Source of the DNA: Selaginella moellendorffii
Taxonomy: Eukaryota; Plantae; Lycopodiophyta
Assembly (NCBI RefSeq): GCF_000143415.4
Contig: NW_003314337.1
Span: forward strand, 575,234 to 639,233
Reading direction: 5' to 3'
DNA length: 64,000 nucleotides
Under the pieces are notes generated by a model, which saw only the letters and a list, made by a program, of their open reading frames with translations, did not search any database and had not been told where the DNA came from. This document shows, one piece after another, positions 58,044-64,000 of the stretch. Position 1 is the first letter of the stretch; the number at the start of each line of letters is the position of its first letter. A program made the position numbers and the translations under genes.

Positions 58044-59492
58044 CCACAACTGACAAATAAGAAACAGAGCAAAAGTAATGGCTAATCTTTTAATGATGGT
58101 AATCAAATACTAAAAAGTTGCAACATTATTGGGGGAATGAGCGACACTCCCCCAATGCTTGCTCAAATATAAAAAATGCTCTAATGCTCTCCACAAATGC
58201 CTCCCTTTTGCCCTTCTAGGGCAAAGGTTTTATACAAGGAAGATGAGGAATATTTTGAAAATTAGAATATTCTCTCTCACTCTCACACTCTCTAAATGGC
58301 CATTCCTTAACATGCAACCACGGTGGATCGTGTTGGCTCTAGACAAGTGATAACTCTCTGAAGAGTGTAGAGTGTACCTTTGTTGCTGATGCGAAGTGTT
58401 GGTAATTGTATGAATTAATAAAAACACTAGAAAATAAAGTGGAAAAAGAAAGAAAAAGGGTAGGTATGAAATTTTAAAACAGGGAGGAAAACCCAATGGG
58501 AAACCATGTAGTTAAATTATACCCTAATGTGAAAGAAAAAATGAAGAAAAATGTAAAAAGAGAAGAAAAATGGAAGAAAAATAGTGAGTACCCAAAGAGC
58601 TTAACCTATATCTGGATTTCAACTTAGGAAATTATAATATATAAATGTAGCCTTGTAATGACTTCAAGTATGCTCTAAGGATTGGCCAAAATCGAGAAAG
58701 AAAGAGAGGTAAAAGAGGGGATCAAGGGTGGGAAGTGTAGAAATGATGAAAGATGGAATGATATGGTGGAGTGCCAAGATGGTGGTGGTACTCTGAGAAG
58801 GTGGCCATTTCTAAAGTGTCAAGCTTATGGTCGAATATGTCAAACTGAAGAAAACTACAGCTAAAAAGGATGGTATAGTTGCTGGATTACCAGTAAAAAG
58901 AGGTGGTGTGTGTGTCCACTGAGTGCTAGAGCAAGAGAAAGTGGCTTTGGCTTCTGTGGCCTCACCTAAGGATCCACCTAGGTGCCTTGAGTGAACGAAT
59001 TCACCTAGTTGGAATAAAGTCACTCTAGAAAAGCTAGCATGTCATGGTCACAATGATATCTCAAAAAGAGCACGTTCAAATGAGGTGATGTCTTTTGCTA
59101 CTGGTGCATGTATATATGTTCATGGTATAGTGTAAATATAACCTCAAATAGAGATGTGGATGATGGTGATAAAATGAAAGATGCAAGATGGGCATTAGGA
59201 AGTAAGTGTGGGCAGCATTGCTGGAAGTGATTAGTGATGGATCTGTGAGTGTAGATGACATGGAATGTGTGTGAGGAATTTTTGGGGTAGAGTAATGGGA
59301 AGGGAAGGGCAAAAAAGCCTAGAACATAGTCTAAGCCAAGTGAGGAACATCCATACAAATGGCAATGCAGCCTGAGCATGAAAACCAAACCATGGTCTAG
59401 TGGAGAAACACCCTCTGGAAAAAAGAAAAGAAACCATGAAAAGTAAAGTGAAAGGAAGGAAGCAAATGAAAAAGAAAAGAAGAACACCTCAG

Positions 59493-59982
59493 TGTGAGAC
59501 ACAAAATCCCTAGGCCCCAAAGTGGAGCCGGAAGGGTGCCATGTGGTGGTGGCCGAAGCGAAAACCAAACGAGCGTAATACGTTTGGACTAAAAGCTCCA
59601 ACTTGAAAGGTCAAGAGCGGGAGTGGAACTCCCAACAAAGTGCTTGAGGAACGAGCACGAAGCGAGCAATAAGCGAGGCTCCAAAAAGGGACCCAAAAAG
59701 GACCAACACATGACACGTGGAAGTGTCCGAGATGGACCCAAGTTGGAGTTCGAGGTGGAGTCCAAGGTGGATCCGAGATGGAGTCCGAGATGGATCCAAG
59801 ATTGAGTCCGAGACGGACCCAAGATGGAGTCCGAGATGGAGTCCGAGATGGACCCGAGATGGAGTCCGAGATGGAGTCCAAGATAAACCCGAAGTCGAGA
59901 CCGAGACTGAGACCGAGAACAGGACCGAGACCGAGACCGAGACCGGGACCAAGACCGAAACCGAGACCGGGACCGAGACCGG

Positions 59983-60017
<35 letters not shown>

Positions 60018-61186
60018 GGACCGAGACCGAGACCAAGGCCAAGGCCAAGACCGAGACCGAGACCAGGACCGAGACCGAGACCAAGGCCAAGGCCGAGACC
60101 GAGCCCAAGCCCGAGTCTGAGTCTAAGTCCGAGTCCGAGTCCGAGTCCGAGTCCGCGTCCAAGTCCGAGTCTAATTCCGAGTTCGAGTCTGAGAGGGTGA
60201 AAGCCCAAAGCATTCGTCTCCCAGACCCTGGGGGGTTTGGTGAGCTCCAAAAGTATAGTAGGGGGAGGACTGCAGTGGAGCCAGTTTGGCCAGGAAAGGC
60301 TAGTTTGGCCCAAGAAGGCCGGAACCAGTGTTGGGTGATGAGTGCCCACTAGGAAATCCAAGACTAGAGTGAACACGGACCGACAACCGGGTTAGCTTGG
60401 TGAAGTGTTCAAGAGCCGGCTCTAGTTCCCCCGGGAGATCGACTGGCCGATGCGCCCAGTCCAAGTGTGGTTGGCACTACCTACTTGGATACCTGGCATG
60501 GCTCAATGGAACCTCGCTCTAAGCCCATGGCTAGAGCACCTAAAGGCGAAAGGCGGGGAGAGTACCCATGAGGCTTGCGTAAGGCCACGGTGTTCCGAAA
60601 TGTTGTCCCAAAGTCCCAGATTGTGGAAAGGAAGAGGAGTAGCCCTCTGGTGTGGTGACCAAGGACACAGTCACATGGTGAGGAAGTCCCAAGGGACCAT
60701 GGGACTTAGTGGTCAGGCCTGTGGGCCTTGATCCAGTGGTAGCGTTGGCGAACACGGCCAAGGACAGAAAGGGACTTGGTGGGGATCAGAAAGGAGATAT
60801 TGGGGAAGGCTATTTCCCATGTCTGCAGGCATCCTGAGGATGCTAAGGAGTGGATCTGGGATGATCACTCATGGACAGATGGCCCAGTCTTCGAGAGATG
60901 GGAATATGATGCGGGCGGCGTTAGATCACCGGTGTGACCAAGGTGAATGGGCATGGCCTTAGCGTAACAGGCCGATATGTCAATGGTACCTTGGGGTGTC
61001 GGTCATGGGATCAGATACGTGGAGCACTTGGACCAAGTGCAAAGGTTGAGTGGCATGGATGCCATTCTCGGGGCTAGCAAGCCCCAAGTCCTAACTGGGA
61101 CTTATGGAGGTTGTGAATGAGACTCCTCCAAGTGGTTGGAGGTGTGATTAAGTGACTAAAGTAAAATGAAAAATTAGTCGCTTACA
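59493..61186 (+). mobile_element. Solo LTR, family A (older), TSD CTCAG
   Basis: TGTGAGACAC...GTCGCTTACA, with CTCAG at 59488-59492 and 61187-61191. Confidence 0.93.
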
Positions 61187-61191
61187 CTCAG

Positions 61192-63431
61192 CAGATGAAG
61201 TGTTTGAGGTGAGAGTGGTTGTGAGCATGTGGGAGCTCACATCCATCAACATCTACTAGCATATACGCTCCACCTCCAATGTGTCACTGGACAAAGTAGG
61301 GGTCAGTCCAGTGAGGAGAGAACTTCGAAGATGGCATAAACTCACAAGATTGCCATCCTCAAATGGTTCAGATAACTACTGGTGATCAATGACCAACTTG
61401 ATCTTCTGCTTGTCTTGAAGATGTTTAGTTGTGGCTCTTTGCTATTCTTCCAAAGTAAGAATCTCCAAGTCATGCACATGAAGCTTGTCCTCATTGCTAA
61501 GCTATATCTCTGCTGCGTATTGAAGTGAAAGTGAGAGTGATGGCACCTAGATCTCCATTAGAAACATAGCCTCTATCCCATAGATAAGAGAGAATGGAGT
61601 TGCGGAAATGGATGTCTTGAAGGATGGCTGAAAGGCCCACAATACTATAACTAAGTGCTCATGCCAATGCCTCAAATGATCCTCCAAAAGCTTTGAGATG
61701 ATGGTCTTTAATATCTTGTTGCTGAGGAAGCCACTACTACAATTGGAAATCAAGACTGCAAGAACTTTGAATCAACAAACAATGTACTCATAAACAAACT
61801 TTGCTGTAGACTATTGATTTTCTTGTCGCAAAGGGATGGCCTTAACCCATTTTGTGAAGTAGTCCATTGCCACAATGATTGAACTATTAGCACTGCTCAC
61901 ATGCCTTTGCATAGTCCAAGCTACCTTGATGAATCCAGTAGCCATGGCACGAAAGGAGCTATGCTATGACCCATCATGAGAAGTGCCCTACACAAGAGTG
62001 GAAAGCACAAAGTAGCTTAGGGATCTCATGTTCACCCACACACTGCAACAACACATCCTGTGAAGTCCTTTTATAAAGGTGTCTGTCGAGAAGGCAAAAC
62101 CCCCACTCTTGGATCTCTAATGCCTTTTGTTGTGCTTGTGAGGAATCTACTAGGAACTTGCCTGAATCTAGGTACATTGCAATGTCCTATAAGGATGCTG
62201 GGACCATAAAGGAGGTAGCCTCAACAACTAGGAACTCGCTCGGATCCATCACATGCTTCTGTCATGTGTGAAAAGTTGGTTGGAACTCTTGAATAGTCAC
62301 AATCCAAAATGAAGTATGAGGACTGTGAACTAGTCATTGTAAAAGAAAGGTTAGCACATTAGAATAGACATGGAAATGGATATGGGCTCCAGTGAGAAAG
62401 TGGCATTATAGGTTCTATCGCTAATTTCCATCTTACCTTCTGTGCTATCCATGGTGCAATGGGCTGCAACTTGCCACGAGTGGCCGAAGATGATAGAGTC
62501 TTTTAGAGAGGATGTTCCAAGATGCTGGTAGTTGACCATGAGGAAATCTACCTTAGAAATAACCCTACACTAAGACCTTGACACCACAGCAAATGCCCAC
62601 TAGAGGAACAATGTGATTGGCAAAGGTTTTGAGCACAATGAAGGAGCTCTTAGTGATCTGTAGTTGTGCTGAAAGGGCAACTTCAAGAGAGATAATGTTG
62701 CTCCCGGAACCGGAGTTAACCAAAGCATCCATCTTGCAAGAGGAAGTACTAATCTACACCAGGACGAAGAATAGACTAGGATCTCCACCATATCTTATCA
62801 TGTTGATGATGTGCACCTCTTGAGGAGTCCTACTGAGGGTGCTCTGTGGTGTTCTTGACCATATAAACTCCAAATGCTGGCCGAATCTAGAAACAAGGCA
62901 CAACATTTTTCATAGTGAAAAGGTGACGAGAGTGTCAAGCAGTTGTTGAAGAACTGGCTCCGAAACATGAATAGTTGTTGGTGAGATCTTAGGAGGAGAG
63001 GAAAATAGTGACTTGAAGGGGAGCTTACAAGCCACTCTCTGTGTCATTAGATTTTGTGCAGATAAAGATTCATTCTCAACCGATGCTGGGGGATCTATGA
63101 TAGGTTGAGCAGCTGCCTTCTTCTTCGCTTGGGCTCGAGTGGTTGCGGTTTGCTACTATTGTCTATAGAGTTCCTTAGCTACCAAAATCATGTTGACCGA
63201 TGAGGCTAATGCTTTCCCTTTCCTTGATGAAGGGGCTGCCTCAATCACTCATTGCTCCAATTGCTCTTGGTATGTCTCTGGACCACTAAATGGTGTGGAG
63301 TTGTTAGTGAAGGGGCATTACTGGACACATTCAGAGGGTGGAGGCTAAAGCTTTATGTGAAACTTGAAGCAGCATTATGTGTTGTGTGTGTTCATCTTGT
63401 AGTGAGTGCACTAATAGGACTTGAATTAGTG
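61192..63431 (-). pseudogene. Degenerate Ty3/gypsy gag-pol remnant (protease and integrase; no RT/RNase H visible)
   Basis: Protease-like ALVNSGSGSNII near 62690-62725; HLYKRTSQDVLLQCV, MDYFTKWVKAIPL, VLWAF...TPFSLIYGIEA. Confidence 0.7.
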
Positions 63432-63921
63432 TGTGAGACACAAATCCTTAAGCCCTAAAGTGGAGCTGAAAGGGTGCCATGTGGTAGTGTCTGAAGCAAA
63501 AGCCAAATAAGCATAACAAGTTTGGACTAAAAGCTTAGACTTGAAAAGTTGAGAGTAGAAGTGGAACTCCCAACGAAGGGCTCGAGGAGTCCAAGATGGA
63601 TCTAAGATAGACCTGAGATGGAATCCAAGATGGACCCAAAATGGACCCAAAATGGAGTCCGAGATGAACCTGAGATGGAGTTTGAGATGGACCTGAAATA
63701 GAGTCCAAGATGGAGTCTGAGATGGACCTGAGATGGAGTCCAAGATGGACCCGAAATGGAGTCTGAGATGGAACTGAGATTGAGACCAAGAGAGAGACCG
63801 AGTCCGAGTCCGAAATCGAGACCGAGACCAAGACCAAGACTAAGTCTGAATCCGAGACCGAGACCAAGTCCAAGTCCGAAACCAAATACTAATACAGACT
63901 ATTGGGTGAAAGCCCAAAGCA
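63432..63921 (+). mobile_element. Diverged partial family-A LTR
   Basis: Starts TGTGAGACACAAATCC with decayed 12-mer and 6-mer arrays. Similarity is lost at the C15 run (63928-63942). Confidence 0.8.
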
Positions 63922-64000
63922 ATCACGCCCCCCCCCCCCCCCAAAGTAGGGAAAAAGTGGCTTTTACAAAAGAAAGGTGGTAATATATGTTTTTTTTGCA

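Overview
This is eukaryotic heterochromatin-like DNA made almost entirely of nested mobile elements, with no recognisable host gene. TTTAGGG repeats, ~50-nt introns and CAG>TAG decay suggest a land plant, possibly a Selaginella-like seed-free plant (inference). There are three main components. (1) Two copies of a ~12.7-kb TIR DNA transposon (1252-12214, incomplete; 24131-36825, complete). It encodes a Sola/DUF7869-like DDD transposase and, divergently, an 11-exon gene of about 1640 codons that I reconstructed by hand: ParB-like domain, degenerate N6/N4-methyltransferase fold, acidic linker, FCP1/NIF-like HAD phosphatase. The element carries about 25 copies of a 22-bp palindrome (ATGGCRTG-N6-CAYGCCAT), many inside tiny introns. 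This is a candidate ParB/parS-like self-recognition or anti-silencing system. (2) Five copies of an L1/Tx1-type LINE without a poly(A) tail, stacked head-to-tail at one 14-16-bp target (GGTCCCTGGGTCGA). The target is the B-box of a ~92-nt tRNA-like Pol III unit. One copy (42628-50613) is full length with an intact ORF2. (3) Seven copies or fragments of a ~1.7-kb LTR with internal 6/12-mer arrays, nested inside each other with 5-bp TSDs, plus decayed Ty3/gypsy remnants. All domain calls come from reading motifs by eye, not from database searches.
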